A DNA stretch of 64,000 nt, from the NCBI GenBank assembly GCA_004431415.1, contig QPMI01000587.1, positions 45,205-109,204 of the forward strand, in the 5' to 3' direction. The DNA comes from Cyanophora paradoxa CCMP329. Its lineage: Eukaryota; Plantae; Glaucophyta. Every line of letters starts with the position of its first letter. The stretch's first letter is position 1. The position numbers and the translations under genes are program-made. This document shows positions 21,301 to 32,203 of this stretch, piece by piece. The notes below the pieces were generated by a model that did no database searches, was not told the DNA's origin, and worked only from the letters and a program-made list of their open reading frames with translations.

Positions 21301-24300
21301 AGGTGAGAGCTTCCTTCAACGCCTCGAACGCTGCCTGCTGAGCGTCCCCCCAGGCCCAAGGTGTGCGAGCCTTCAAGAGAGATGTCAGCGGGGCTGCCGT
21401 GTTGCTGAAGCCCTTGATGAACCGCCGATAGTACGACGCAAAACCGATAAACCCCCGAAGCTGGCGCACGTTCCGCGGCCGCGGCCAGTCGTGGAGTACG
21501 GCCACCTTTTTCGGATCCACTTTCACGCCCTCCGCATTAACTATGTGACCGAGCAGCTCCACCTCCGGCTTCGCGAAGTGACATTTCGACGGCTTCACCT
21601 TGACGTTCGCCTTCCTGAGGCGACTGAACACCTCGACAAGGTCCGCTGCGTGCTCCTCGACGTCCTTTGCAAAAATGACTACATCATCGATGTATATACA
21701 GCAGACGCTCCATTTCAGGTCGGATAACAGCAAATCCATCGCTCTTTCAAAGCTCTGCGGGGCTCCGCAGAGTCCCATCGGCATTCTGAGCCATTCGTGC
21801 AAGCCGTCAGGTGTGACAAAGGCTGTTTTCTCTCTGTCGTCTTCATGCAGCTCGAGCTGATGAAATCCCGACAGGAGATCGATCGTCGAGAAGATCACGG
21901 CGCCTTGCAACGTGTCCAGGATGTCGTCTATCCGTGGGAGAGGGTACGAGTCTCGTTTTGTTATCGCGTTCAGTTGTCGATAGTCAACGCAGAACCTCCA
22001 CGTGCCGTCCTTTTTCTTGGCCAAGACGACAGGGAAGGCCCATTGAGACTTCGAAGGTTGGATGAGCCCTTGATCGAGCATCTCCTGCACCTTCTTACGA
22101 ATCTCCTCCCTCCGCACAGGGTCGACATGCCGAGGAGGTACGCGGATCGGTCGATGATTGCCTGTATCGATCCGGTGCGCGAACTCCTTGGGCATCGTTT
22201 TGTTGGGGTCTAAAGTCGACGAGAATATATCTCGGAAATGATATAGAACTGCATACACTTGCCTCCGGACCTCGTCCGGCAAGCTATCTGTTCCTACATC
22301 GAGCTTCTGCTTAAGCTCCTTCCACTCCGGATCGTTTTCACGCTCTGTACACTCGCTGCACTTTCCACACCAACATACTGGAATATCTAATTGCTTCTGC
22401 TTCACAGCCTGGGCCAAGGCTGCAACGATCGGGCCACGTCCTTTGCGTCTGGCATCTCCTCCGACGCCGTTTTCTAAAATCGTGTGAATTTCTACTTTCG
22501 ATGCATCGGTCCAATAACCAACTAACGTATCCTTTCGCAGCATTACGGTCTTGCTGGAGGGATTCAGCACGCGTACAGTGCAGACGCCCTCATCGAACTT
22601 TCCTATCGTATTCGAAAGATATATACGATGCCGAGTATGAAAAAGCTCGTCTCTTTCTATCAATCCTGCTGTGCCGTCCTTCGGCTGTCTGATACTATCT
22701 CGCAGCACTACCTGAACATTCTTCTCGGACATTGGCGGCACTTTACAATCTGCGGCCACCGTCATTGCTGGTGCCGAGCTGCCGTCCAACTCGATCTTGA
22801 CGTGCTGATCGAGCTTGTCCTTGTGCTGCAGGACCCCATCTACGAGATCTACTACCCAGCGATTCGCCTTGATGAAGTCGGCGCCTAGAATCAGGTTCGT
22901 GGGAAGAGTCTTCCACACGAAAAACGGCTGATTCACGTGTAGCAGGCTGCCGAGCTTGATGTTCAGGTCGATCATCCCCAAACATCTGACTGGCGACCCG
23001 TCCGCGGTTGCGAACGAGGCCGTGAAGGTCTTGTTAATCTTGGACTCCAATCCGTATTTCTTGACGACCTTCTCTGAGACGATGGAGAACGCAGCGCCCG
23101 TGTCCACCAACGCCATGATGGACTCGGCCGCGTCGTTGACTCGCACCGTCACGTTGGCGTGCACACCACGTCGGAGGTGGACGTTGCGGATGGCGGCGGC
23201 CGTCTCCCTGAGTCGTTCGAGGTAGGCGGCCACGCCCCTGTCGTCCACCGCGACGGGCGGCATGTGCACAGCTCCGACCTTGCCGAGGAAGACTAACGTC
23301 TTGCGTGCAGTCTTGACGGTCTTCTTCAGCTGGGTCGAGGCTGCGTTCGCTGGGGCAACGCGTGGATCTGTACCAGCGCGCTGCAAGTCACGTTCGAGTA
23401 GGCCCCTCCGGCCCTTGACACCTTGTTCGGTCTGTGCATTGTCGATCGGGTCGTCGGCAAGACGTCTCTCCGGACGTTTCCGTTGCTTGACCACGTACTC
23501 CTCAGGCACGTAGCCTCCTTGCCGAGCTGGCCCGCCAGGCGGAGTCGACGGGGGATCGTTCTCCGCTGGGGTGGCTCTCTCCTTCGACGACGGACCAGGA
23601 GCACCTCCAGTCGGCTCCGAGGGCCGAACACTGCTTCCGGGCGTCCCCTTGGCAGCTCCATCCGCAGGGCGCCTCCTGGAAGTCCCCTCCCTGGCTCCTA
23701 CGCCCCCCGGCCGCGGCGACGACGCTGAGCCTGCGCTCGCCTTGTGCGGCCCCGGGCAGGCCTGGCCGTGCGCCCTCTTCTCCGAGTCGCACGCCACTTC
23801 TCTCGCACTCAGATTCACCGAGTGTACGCCCTCGCTCAGATTCACCGAGTGGGCACGCTTCTGACCGCGCCCAGCTCCACTGGACCGGTCCGCTCGCTCT
23901 GTGGCCGCAGATTCACTGCGCCTAACATCACTACGCTCAGATTCACCGAGCTGCCGGCTATTCTTCACGCGCGACTCGACTGCATCGAGTCCGCCATTTA
24001 CTTCGCTCTGCTTCCGATCCGGATCTAACACTCGCGGACGCTCAGATTCACCGAGCTCCGTCTCACGCATCATAAGGCCCGATACATATGCTGCAATACT
24101 TGCTATAGGTGCGGGCATCTCCATCCCGTACCATGCATCCTCGTGATCTTGCACGAAACAGATCGATTTGCTGCACTCGCTGCAGTGCTCGCTGTCGCTT
24201 TCCGACACTAAATCCGAGTCTGCTGCCGACTCCGAGCTCGAATCTGAATCAAGGTTCGCCAGAACCGAAAATCGATTGCTAGTATTTACACTACGCGCAG

Positions 24301-24376
24301 CTCCGATGCTGACGGGCGGAGACGGCTGCTGGCGTCTCCGCGCCCCGTCCGTCGCTCGTTCACTCGTCTTGCTCAC
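18380..24376 (-). CDS. pol: Gypsy C Pol (long low-complexity leader, protease, RT, RNase H, integrase)
   Basis: LVDTGA; WAFPVVL..FCVDYR..YIDD; TDAS; AHSGYGAGHGG..CEPC; QIDE..CDQG..LERGH; overlaps the gag end in another frame. Confidence 0.96.
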   Translation of the reverse strand: MSKTSERATDGARRRQQPSPPVSIGAARSVNTSNRFSVLANLDSDSSSESAADSDLVSESDSEHCSECSKSICFVQDHEDAWYGMEMPAPIASIAAYVSGLMMRETELGESERPRVLDPDRKQSEVNGGLDAVESRVKNSRQLGESERSDVRRSESAATERADRSSGAGRGQKRAHSVNLSEGVHSVNLSAREVACDSEKRAHGQACPGPHKASAGSASSPRPGGVGAREGTSRRRPADGAAKGTPGSSVRPSEPTGGAPGPSSKERATPAENDPPSTPPGGPARQGGYVPEEYVVKQRKRPERRLADDPIDNAQTEQGVKGRRGLLERDLQRAGTDPRVAPANAASTQLKKTVKTARKTLVFLGKVGAVHMPPVAVDDRGVAAYLERLRETAAAIRNVHLRRGVHANVTVRVNDAAESIMALVDTGAAFSIVSEKVVKKYGLESKINKTFTASFATADGSPVRCLGMIDLNIKLGSLLHVNQPFFVWKTLPTNLILGADFIKANRWVVDLVDGVLQHKDKLDQHVKIELDGSSAPAMTVAADCKVPPMSEKNVQVVLRDSIRQPKDGTAGLIERDELFHTRHRIYLSNTIGKFDEGVCTVRVLNPSSKTVMLRKDTLVGYWTDASKVEIHTILENGVGGDARRKGRGPIVAALAQAVKQKQLDIPVCWCGKCSECTERENDPEWKELKQKLDVGTDSLPDEVRRQVYAVLYHFRDIFSSTLDPNKTMPKEFAHRIDTGNHRPIRVPPRHVDPVRREEIRKKVQEMLDQGLIQPSKSQWAFPVVLAKKKDGTWRFCVDYRQLNAITKRDSYPLPRIDDILDTLQGAVIFSTIDLLSGFHQLELHEDDREKTAFVTPDGLHEWLRMPMGLCGAPQSFERAMDLLLSDLKWSVCCIYIDDVVIFAKDVEEHAADLVEVFSRLRKANVKVKPSKCHFAKPEVELLGHIVNAEGVKVDPKKVAVLHDWPRPRNVRQLRGFIGFASYYRRFIKGFSNTAAPLTSLLKARTPWAWGDAQQAAFEALKEALTSAPVLRYPDFTRPFILQTDASVDGFGAVLKQKDIRGLEYLVSCASRATRDSERNYSVTDLEAAAVVWAVTEQYRPYLELGRFTLRTDHKALLTVLRPTYQLSGAVANRHAKWAERLMRFMPFDIEYVKGTKNIEPDVLSRLYEKYTKVDKATETDPDPFFGARTNAACGARTNEPAAAAVVSSVAASAPAAGHVDVGYTQAAVDCDLVSALQEAIATKRVGPSPPSLQQLAGEALVALLASKGDRLAISEFLRKREVAHRLKGKTEAPRVASVQESTARFGRPLGTRSWKKNLASLPLTDDDVKRLHLRTATPDIATQPGKRPRAGQVTCLGFRATLRAAVQAVAGESAPAPGWLVRRVRAVVDACSLCAGRRLAKRRFQPAAAPAVANVSEQPTSLPSSRLRDAQRADRTLSPLIAWLAGEKSISKLPAKTRSDLAQRAQDYKLGPGGLLLHVSWLQDKELTRIVVPTALRSEIVREAHSGYGAGHGGYHATVKRVNMKFYWPRMRESIRKFVSTCEPCRNQKFDRATEAKPTPRFASRPMQRWQIDEVKFAGQDAKSLITLEDVFSKWMMAHVKPVANSRTVIEALEAEFKEHGLPLEIECDQGTAFISKDVQAYLAEKGVRLVIMPAYAPQTKGALERGHQTLEAKIRTLTEEHRGTSWTKWVDAALHAMRTTQHSATGFTPFRLHKGYDPFTSLDLKFSSLATLGSGAAQLAPSPSALAFGPGKTTAENDKEDSHTIWRWDGTCWSECSMVTSKRRQPLHCRWRIAAPAAAVLIAKLDKLQFDAPGAHWTTPSTRAHPRDRARAAESTVAQPTKAKAPSFVPLFSERVGPVATEADRLRSLSKEGYSTLVTELRTRQKFDREQAFLNMFRQGLRMRHLHVNINRGRKRQFMAGQPVDLFVPTDRSKKPGLPNASGWSGPYFVQEVISRSRVRITSFADDVRVHHRPGESFVVHVTCLRGRPVELSMPLA

Positions 24377-25886
24377 GGCGTCGCTGGCCCCGAAAGGACT
24401 CCTTCAGCTCCTTCATGTCTTGGAGCGCTGACTTGAGCTCCTTCCGTAGGTCGTCCGCCTCCTTGACCTTGCATTGCTTCTCCGCATGACCATCGCGTCC
24501 GCAGTAGTTGCAGTGCACGGACTTCCGCTTGGCGCTCCTGTCCGTGCGCTCCTCCTGCTCGTCGCGCTCCTCATAGCGGCACTTGTTGTACCCGCCCTTA
24601 CCGCCTTGCGGCGCAGAGGCGTACCCCCCTCGCTGCGGCTTCATGATAACTACGCGGCGATTCGGGCTGCCCTGCTGCTGCCGAGGCCTGCGAGGGCCAG
24701 GTGTGTTTCGCTTGGGCTGCTGGCATTCGAAAGACCGGTGCCCAGGCTGATCACAATTCCAGCAGACAAAATTGCTGTACCCCCCCTGAGCGTCATCGTA
24801 CCCCGCCTGGGCATCGACGCGCTCCGTCACCTCCGCGATGCGGGAGGGGTGCATCCCCTGGAATCGCGAGTGATCGGCGTACCCCCCCTGGGATAACGCT
24901 GTACCCCCCTTCACGAGGACTTTGACCCCCTTCTCGCGGGCCTCGTCCACGAACTGCTTGATACCCGCCTGGTCCGCTTGTACCGACTGCAAGCTTGCGA
25001 TGAGGCTGTTGAACTTGTTCTCCAGGTTGCTGATCGCCTCCCGGAGCTCGCCTCCCGAAGCTGCAGCTGGCCGGACGGGTACGTTGTTGGGGTACGTCGC
25101 CGCCGACTTGCGCCCTGATGTGAGCTGCAGGTCGTCGTCGTCGTCCAGGCCGATCCGATTCACAGCGGCCGTCAGTCTGTTCGCTTCGTTGTGGTACGCG
25201 AAGTCAGTCTTGACGTGCTTCAAGAACTCCTGGCTCCACTGCGCCAAGTCCCTCTTGTGCGTGGTCTGCGCCTTCAGTGCCCGCCGCACCAGCTCAGTCC
25301 GGCTCTTCAGAGCGTCGATCATCTTGTTGATCATCGAGCTGTCGGGGACATCTTGTTCCATCTTGAGGAGCTTGCGGTACGCCATGCACACGCGTATGAA
25401 CGCCGTCGCCTCCATGACTGACGGGCGCTCGCACTCGCAGAGCTCGCGGCCCTTCTCCAAGATCAACCGAGTGAGCAGGGCCTCCAGCCGCTGGCTCTCG
25501 GAGATCTGTAGCACAATATGATCGATTATCGCCTCGTACTTGTCCGTCTCAATTCCAGCACTCAGAATAGAGTCTCGCAGGCCCGATGCAGTTATGTGAT
25601 TTGATTTGTCTAATGACATAAGCAGTGCCACTGCCTTCTGCTTAGAGGCATGCGGCTTTTTATCTAGACACTTGGCCCAAGTGTCAAAACGCTCTAGCCA
25701 CACGGCTACATCTGAAGACTGAAGTACAGGAGGCGGGCAGCGATTGAATTGCTGCTCCTGCGCGAAATCCGCGAAAACCTGGGCTAGGGCCGACTCTGCC
25801 ATGACTGCAGAAAAAACTAAATCGATATCTGAATCGAAAACTGGAACTGGCGGCGAGCTCGAGCCGAGGCTCGAAAAGAGGGGCAC
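24360..25886 (-). CDS. gag: Gypsy C Gag with two CCHC zinc knuckles (first ATG at 25802)
   Basis: CWNCDQPGHRSFEC and CNYCGRDGHAEKQC. Confidence 0.93.
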   Translation of the reverse strand: MPLFSSLGSSSPPVPVFDSDIDLVFSAVMAESALAQVFADFAQEQQFNRCPPPVLQSSDVAVWLERFDTWAKCLDKKPHASKQKAVALLMSLDKSNHITASGLRDSILSAGIETDKYEAIIDHIVLQISESQRLEALLTRLILEKGRELCECERPSVMEATAFIRVCMAYRKLLKMEQDVPDSSMINKMIDALKSRTELVRRALKAQTTHKRDLAQWSQEFLKHVKTDFAYHNEANRLTAAVNRIGLDDDDDLQLTSGRKSAATYPNNVPVRPAAASGGELREAISNLENKFNSLIASLQSVQADQAGIKQFVDEAREKGVKVLVKGGTALSQGGYADHSRFQGMHPSRIAEVTERVDAQAGYDDAQGGYSNFVCWNCDQPGHRSFECQQPKRNTPGPRRPRQQQGSPNRRVVIMKPQRGGYASAPQGGKGGYNKCRYEERDEQEERTDRSAKRKSVHCNYCGRDGHAEKQCKVKEADDLRKELKSALQDMKELKESFRGQRRREQDE

Positions 25887-25918
25887 AAAAGTGCGCCCGC
25901 TACGGAGCTGCGTCTTAT

Positions 25919-26500
25919 CTAGTCTCGGCGGCGCTTAGCCTGGCGCCGCTCCTTCTCAGCGGCCTGCTCCTGTCTCCAGGAAGCGACGATCTCGTCCGCG
26001 TCCGGGGAACGCGGTTCTAACTGGAGCTCTGGCGAGACGAGGTCCACGACCGAGTGCTCGCTCGCGTGCGAGGACGGCGTGCCGAAAAGCTCGTACTTCA
26101 GCTGCTCGTGAGGCTTCGACGGTCCGGCTGCGGGCTGGAACGTCGGAGCTGCCTCCTGAATGGGCTCGCCGTACGGGCTGGCTGGCGCCGAGTGCGGGTC
26201 GCGGCCGCCAGGCCCGGAAACGAGGTTCGCTGCCGGGTGCGGAGTGCCGTTCAGCTGCTCCGGCGACGGCTGGTCGAGGCTGAAGCCGGGTGCGTCCTCC
26301 TCGACGCGGGCTTCCTCCTGCGCAGCCGCGGCCACCTGGTCGGCGGCGTGCGCAACAGCCGGGCCGATGTTCTCCGCGATGTTGACGTCGACGGTCGCCG
26401 GCTGGAAGGGAGCGCCGGGACCGTCGCGCGTGAAGAGGTAAAGACCGTAGGTGCGCGTCTCGGTGCGGGTCTCGATGCGCGTCTCGGGCACGAGGGTCAA
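25919..26500 (-). CDS. Extra acidic/Pro-rich ORF upstream of gag in Gypsy C
   Basis: 193-codon sense ORF between PBS and gag with a non-ATG start; not in frame with gag. Confidence 0.45.
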   Translation of the reverse strand: MTLVPETRIETRTETRTYGLYLFTRDGPGAPFQPATVDVNIAENIGPAVAHAADQVAAAAQEEARVEEDAPGFSLDQPSPEQLNGTPHPAANLVSGPGGRDPHSAPASPYGEPIQEAAPTFQPAAGPSKPHEQLKYELFGTPSSHASEHSVVDLVSPELQLEPRSPDADEIVASWRQEQAAEKERRQAKRRRD

Positions 26501-26891
26501 CGCAGTGTTCTCGCTCAGACGCTGGGTCTGGACACTGCGCGACGCCGCGACGACGTGGTCAGGTTCCGCTCTAGGTGCGCGCGCGCGCAGGTTCTCGCAG
26601 GTTCGAGACGATTCTATCGCGTCTCCGTCGACACGCGCGCAGCCCAGCGTACGTCGACGTGCTTTCTAGAATGCGTGGGATGCTTATCTTTGTGTTTGGC
26701 CGTTCTAGGCGCGCCCCCCCGCGGTCGGGCATGGGTCGGGTCGTACGGCGACGGACCATGAACGCAGATGCCGTACGAAGCAAGGACGGGGTGGCGAACG
26801 CCAAGTACGTGCGCAACAAGGGCTCAAGGTCAGCCACACGGGGTCGAGCAAGAGCCGGGTTCGTCTGGAAGCAGGCGAAGGTTCCAGAACC

Positions 26892-26903
26892 GCGCAGCCC
26901 CCA
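26892..26903 (-). promoter_or_regulatory. Primer-binding site (tRNA-Pro-like)
   Basis: TGGGGGCTGC directly after the 5' LTR; first 8 nt match the tRNA-Pro-type PBS TGGGGGCT. Confidence 0.6.
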
Positions 26904-27331
26904 TGTTCGATCTTAAATGAGGCTCTCCCCAGGCATATTCAGCCTCTAGAGCACTCTAGAACCCTGGTGACTGAGCCCCAGCCTTCACACGCAGAGATAC
27001 AGACCTGGACAGTCGGATTCCCAGACACAGGAGCCCGAGGCACAGACGCCTGGCTCGTAGGCACACGCTGACTCGTGTACATGGCTGCAAGAGGGCTTAT
27101 ATAGGCTAGGCTAGGAAGCTTCTCGAGGGGCTGGCCGACTGCGGCTAGCCTCGGAATATTCACGAATAACTAGCCCTAGAAGCTTCTCGAACATCTAGCC
27201 CTAGCCGCCCTGTCTAGGGGTACATGATCCTGCGCTTGCTAAGGGTACATGATTCTGTATTACAATGAGTCACGCCCTGATCATGAGTTCGATCACGATC
27301 ACGAAGCTAGCGCTTCAAAGCGACCACAACA
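26904..27331 (-). repeat. 5' LTR of Gypsy C
   Basis: Direct repeat of 17890-18317. Confidence 0.97.
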
Positions 27332-30300
27332 CCATGTGGCTGATACCCTGGTCAGCAAAGTATATCAGCACAGGGTAAAAGCAACGCAATATGAACTGGG
27401 CTTACTTCTGTTGCCGAGCTGCTACCCACAACTGCGCATCTCCGAGCGACAGGCTAACGAAAACCTGATCCTTGGGATTGCGCGCGAAATGATTGAGTCC
27501 AACCTCTTCTTCGACAGCAGAAACGACGGGACATATCACCTGGCCCCAAGCGGTCAACTCCAGATCCTCACTCCTAAATGGACACATGAGCGAGTCAAGA
27601 ATCTAAGCAGAAACTACGTCATTACCACGCACCTTTCAAGCCACACACTCAAGAAACACGGTCCACAGCTCAGAGACCATGGCCTGCTTACTACGCAAAA
27701 CGTCTGCACAGCTGATGGACAGAGGCTGGCCAGCTGGGCGGACCTAAGAATGAGAGGACAAGTCCCTTTCCACCGCCAGACAGAACCTACATGGTTCACA
27801 ACAGTCAGATTCGAACTACAAGACCCAGCCACGGGCAAGTTAGAATCACCCCTCCCATCCACGCTCCAGGTCAACCTTAAACACGCGCTCAAAACCTTTG
27901 AGGACATCCGAGTAGGAGACTACGTGATGACCACGGCAGGACTGCTAGGCGAGGTTATAGCACACGTGATCGTTGACATCCAAAACGACACACTTACATA
28001 CACGTACCCCGAATCGGAGCACAGTTACGAGAGTAGCTCAGTCGAAACAGACGTGACAGGAGAAGCATCCAGTGGATCTGCGACAGAGGATGAGGCCGAA
28101 CCCCCACTGCAAGTACCAGCCTCCCCAGCCCAATCGACATCATCACACACCTCCTTTGAATACCCCCAAGGCACAATGCGGATGGTCATTCTGAACCATT
28201 GTTTCGCACTGTACGATGAACCAAAAGACACACCAGCAGGCCTGATCAAACAGTTCGAATGGTGCCCACACCCCAAGGCCTGTGACAACTGGGAAGTTGC
28301 ACTGGAAACACCGGGCCACAGCCATAATAGATGCAGATGGCTAGAGTACCTGTACAATATTCGTAAAGTTCAGGTAATCAAAGTGATCAAACCAGAAGGG
28401 TGGACCCCACCAACAATCCCCGGCAGACGACGGAGGAAGCAGATGCTGATCAATGATCCAGACCGTATCGAAACTAAGCATAAGAATAAACAAGTTCAGA
28501 TCCTGTGTATGACAGAAGACGATATGGAGACCTTCAAACAAGAAGCCCAGTACCTCCATGAAGAATTTAAGAAGGAAAGCCGGGATGCCTCGATCCCCGA
28601 GGGCCAGCCCCAGCAAGAGGAAGCTCCTCCTGCGGAACGGTACCAACTCCAACCGCAGATGGCCAACTGGCTGGCTGACGTTGACCTTGCGGATAGATCT
28701 GTGTCATCGTTCAAGATCATACTATTCCTCGAAGCAGCATTCAAAAGACTGACCGAGACGTACAACAAAGATCTATTAACGGACTCAGACATGCTCCAAC
28801 TCCAGGCCGGAAGCGGCAACGCATATTACACAGACGCAAGCACGAAATCGACCTGCATTAACCTCCCACGGTTCACGGAGCGACTGAGCTTTCCGAATGG
28901 TACAGGGATCTCAGCAATCAAACTGACCGATGAAGGCGAGGAATTAGCGTTGAACCGAGGCGCCCCACTGGCCAGCCTGACGCGACAAGAGAGTGAGGCA
29001 AAGGCAAGCGAGGTTTTACACACAGTTCTATACGGACGCCAAGAGAACAACAAAGGCAAGATCCTGAGCGTGATGTTTGTAGACAGTCTAAACGGAACAC
29101 ACAAAAGGGCTTACACTGATTCCCTGCTGACGGCTAACCTGCTGGCAAGCCTTGGCGGGCGCCGACCCACCACCAGGAAGCAACTGCGGAACCCGTACGC
29201 GGCAGAAGTGCGAGTCTGGCAATCACTTTGCACCGTACAACAAGCCGTCCAGCAGAAACACCCCACACTCAAGGGCTTATCACTGCAAGCACAATGGGTA
29301 CCCGCACATCAAAGACGCTGGATCCCTAAACCGCATTGCATATACCAAAGATGGACCCCGCACAACTGGCTCCAATATCCAGATTCCCCACCAAGTATCC
29401 AACCAGACGCGGTCACGCCTCCTGTCCCCCAGACCCCGGATGTCAGCTGCCACTCATTTAACCCCACCGACAATGATAACTCACTGGATGACCTCACATC
29501 CTTCCGAGCGTGGGTCTCAATCGATAGGCTACTGGACCTACCCAACGGAGTGCGATACATCATGAGTACCATGTGGGAGAAAATCCTACTAGAAGCACAA
29601 TATCCGAGAACATATATAGAAGAACAAGGCTACCGCATCATCTTGGACCCCCTGCGGGAATTCCCGACCAGTCTCCGAGCCGACATGGTAGTAGATTACG
29701 AAATGGCGAATCCCCGTTGGCGGGGCAAGGGGCCCCACCCGGGATACGCACGCATCCCATTTACTCGCCTGGAATTCGACGGATACTATATCCTGTGGGA
29801 TTATATCAGAGTACCCAAAACATCGGTATCAATGACAGGAACCTACTTTGGAGAGTTCCCCCACCCCACGATGATCACGTTCCACTCCTACAATGCGCAA
29901 TTCAATTGGACACTCCAGCGATACCTTATGGACAAGGACACACCACCTGCAGTGAAGGCATGCCAGATCATCTACAATGGCCCAGGAGTCCAACTCGGAC
30001 CAGCCCCCACCAAACCAGCACCTCAGAAGACTGCGCCCAACAAAACAGTTTCAGTCCCAGCGACCACGATCAAATCGTGCCCTAACAGGGTAACACGGGA
30101 AGACGAGGGAGAGAAAATCCTGAACGTGAAGTATGATCCATTCAATGACCTAGTGGACAAATATGCCAACAAGGCACGAGAGGAAGGGCAAGGCTACCTT
30201 CCAGCACCGATGTTCCTGCCAGGAGGATTTTCGGTAGAACTGTTTATGGTCCAACGGGACCCACCGGGAACCAGCTACGACCAATTCGCCGCATGGCGCT

Positions 30301-31730
30301 GGGGACCATACCAGATGCGAGCATTCCGAGTAGAAGGAGACCCCACAACGTTCGCCAAAGCTATAGTGCACCTGCAAAGCTTCATTGCGTGGTGCGCACT
30401 TCCCTCGGCAGGAGAAGCGGTCCGCCACCCGCTATCAGACTTCCGGCCGATGTTTGACTTACTCACATTACTGGGCCGCGGGCGTGCACGCCGCCCGAAT
30501 GAGGCGATGTCAGGCCTGTGCAAAACTATCATACAGATCGTCACGAATATGCTCCCTACGATGAAGCGCCGCGTGAGGGACGCACCACAACTGTACGCGC
30601 CGGTCAACCCACGGGCAGCCTGCCCCCGCTGCGGCAGGCATCAAACAGAATTCCGCGACGGAAAACCAACGCTGACATGGCAGGGACCAGTCGAGGATCA
30701 CGCACACGTCTTCACATGTGCCCAAACCTCGTTCGAGATGATGGAACTGCAGCTTGCGCTCGTCGAGCACGTACGCAAGCTCCTAGAGACGTGTAAGTTC
30801 GGTAGTTGTTATGTAACATTCATCATGCACCTCTTTCCCTTCCTTGAGGTGACAGACACGACGAGGAAGGCAGGCAAACCAGCGCACCTGGCCTTTCCTA
30901 TGCACGCGGTGTGCACTGACAAGTACGGGCGCACGCAGCCCATGCCCGACGAGCGCTGGCAGCCGCTACGAGCGCTCCTCACAGAGCTGCGCACATACCC
31001 CCCCAGGGCGCTACTGCACCTCGTGCTTCCCTCTGGCTTCGACAAGGCACTCGAGCTCTTGGGCGTGCCGAAGCGTAAGGCGCGGCAAACGCCGACGGAC
31101 ATCGTAGACAAGATCCAGCAAGCGCTACGTGCGATATGGAAGAAGCGCTGCGACGACATGATCAAGTGGGAGAAAACACACGGGATCACCCAGCGCATGA
31201 AGGTCGATAAGCGTAGCGAGCAGCAGCAGCAGCCCGCCACCGCTGGCCAGGGCCCCCAACCGGCTGCAGCGCGCCCAGTGCAACTCGCGGAACCGGCTAT
31301 CAGCGAGGCGGACTTCTACGGTCTAAATGCAGAAGAAGCTAAAGCGTACGAAGCCCGCAAGCCCCGCATACACGCAAGACGTAAAGTTCGAATGCGTCCA
31401 CTGACCCAGCACTTTGCAGCGGAACAGCCCTCGCCCCAAGCAGATGGGGATGAAGAGACAGCCGAGAACGGGCCAGCCATATCGGCTGGACCCCAACGAC
31501 GACTCCAGAACGCCCCCGAATGGCGAGGTACACATGCTGACCAACTGAGAGGTTGGTGCCAGCAGTGCTGGTGTCATGCCCGCCTCCATAAGCTCCGCAC
31601 ATACCGTGATAACCGTGAACCCGGCATAATCTGCCCGGAAAACGCGCAGGAGCAGATACTCATACAAGAAGCCCTGATCCAATACCACATTGGGGGAGTT
31701 GCCCCATTCGGTCTGAACCTGTCACTATAA
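27332..31730 (+). CDS. LINE B ORF2 C-terminal part: RNase H (with insertion) and CCHC finger
   Basis: YYTDAS, YTDS, QWVPAH, NDLVDKYA; CPRC..EDHAHVFTC. Confidence 0.85.
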
Positions 31731-32203
31731 GCATCCATCGTCAATATGAGACCTAGAGTCTAATAAATACGTTTAAGACATTAAAACCGTAGTACTCTCC
31801 GGCCGACGCCTGCGCTATATGCTCAGTGCACTCAGTGTCGGAGACGAGCTACGTGCGCCCCCAACCACGGCCAAGACCAATCCTTAGTGGACAGCCCTTG
31901 GGATGCCACAAAAGGAGGCCCTACACCTCCACCAAGGAGTAAGGCCCCTGCTAGGAGGAGGACCCTGCGAGATGCAGAACCAGGTCCGGCTTCACGCCCT
32001 AGGAATCCGGCAGGCGGTCGGCAGTGGACGGCGTAACAACCACGGGGGACCTTCTACATTCAACACCTCCACCAAGCTAGCTAGCTTTAGCCACTACACT
32101 ACACCTCTCTCGTAGTATAGTTACTTAGACTAGATCATGCTCTGTGGACTGTGCTTTGAATTAGATTACCGCTACCCAAAAAAAACCAATATTTTACCTT
32201 CGC

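Larger units (their letters stand above)
17890..27331 (-). mobile_element. Near-intact Ty3/Gypsy LTR retrotransposon C
   Basis: Two 428-bp TG..CA LTRs (only two mismatches noticed by eye); CCAT target duplication at 17886-17889 and 27332-27335; open gag and pol. Confidence 0.97.
12606..32185 (+). mobile_element. LINE B (ORF1; APE-RT-RNase H-CCHC ORF2), interrupted by Gypsy C
   Basis: APE, RT, RNase H and CCHC motifs in order on either side of the 17890-27331 insertion; ends in an A-run at ~32178-32185. Confidence 0.88.

Noticed and set aside
18653-26916. Numerous plus-strand ORFs within Gypsy C and the 74-aa LTR ORFs
   Set aside because: Antisense shadows of GC-rich coding sequence; no motifs
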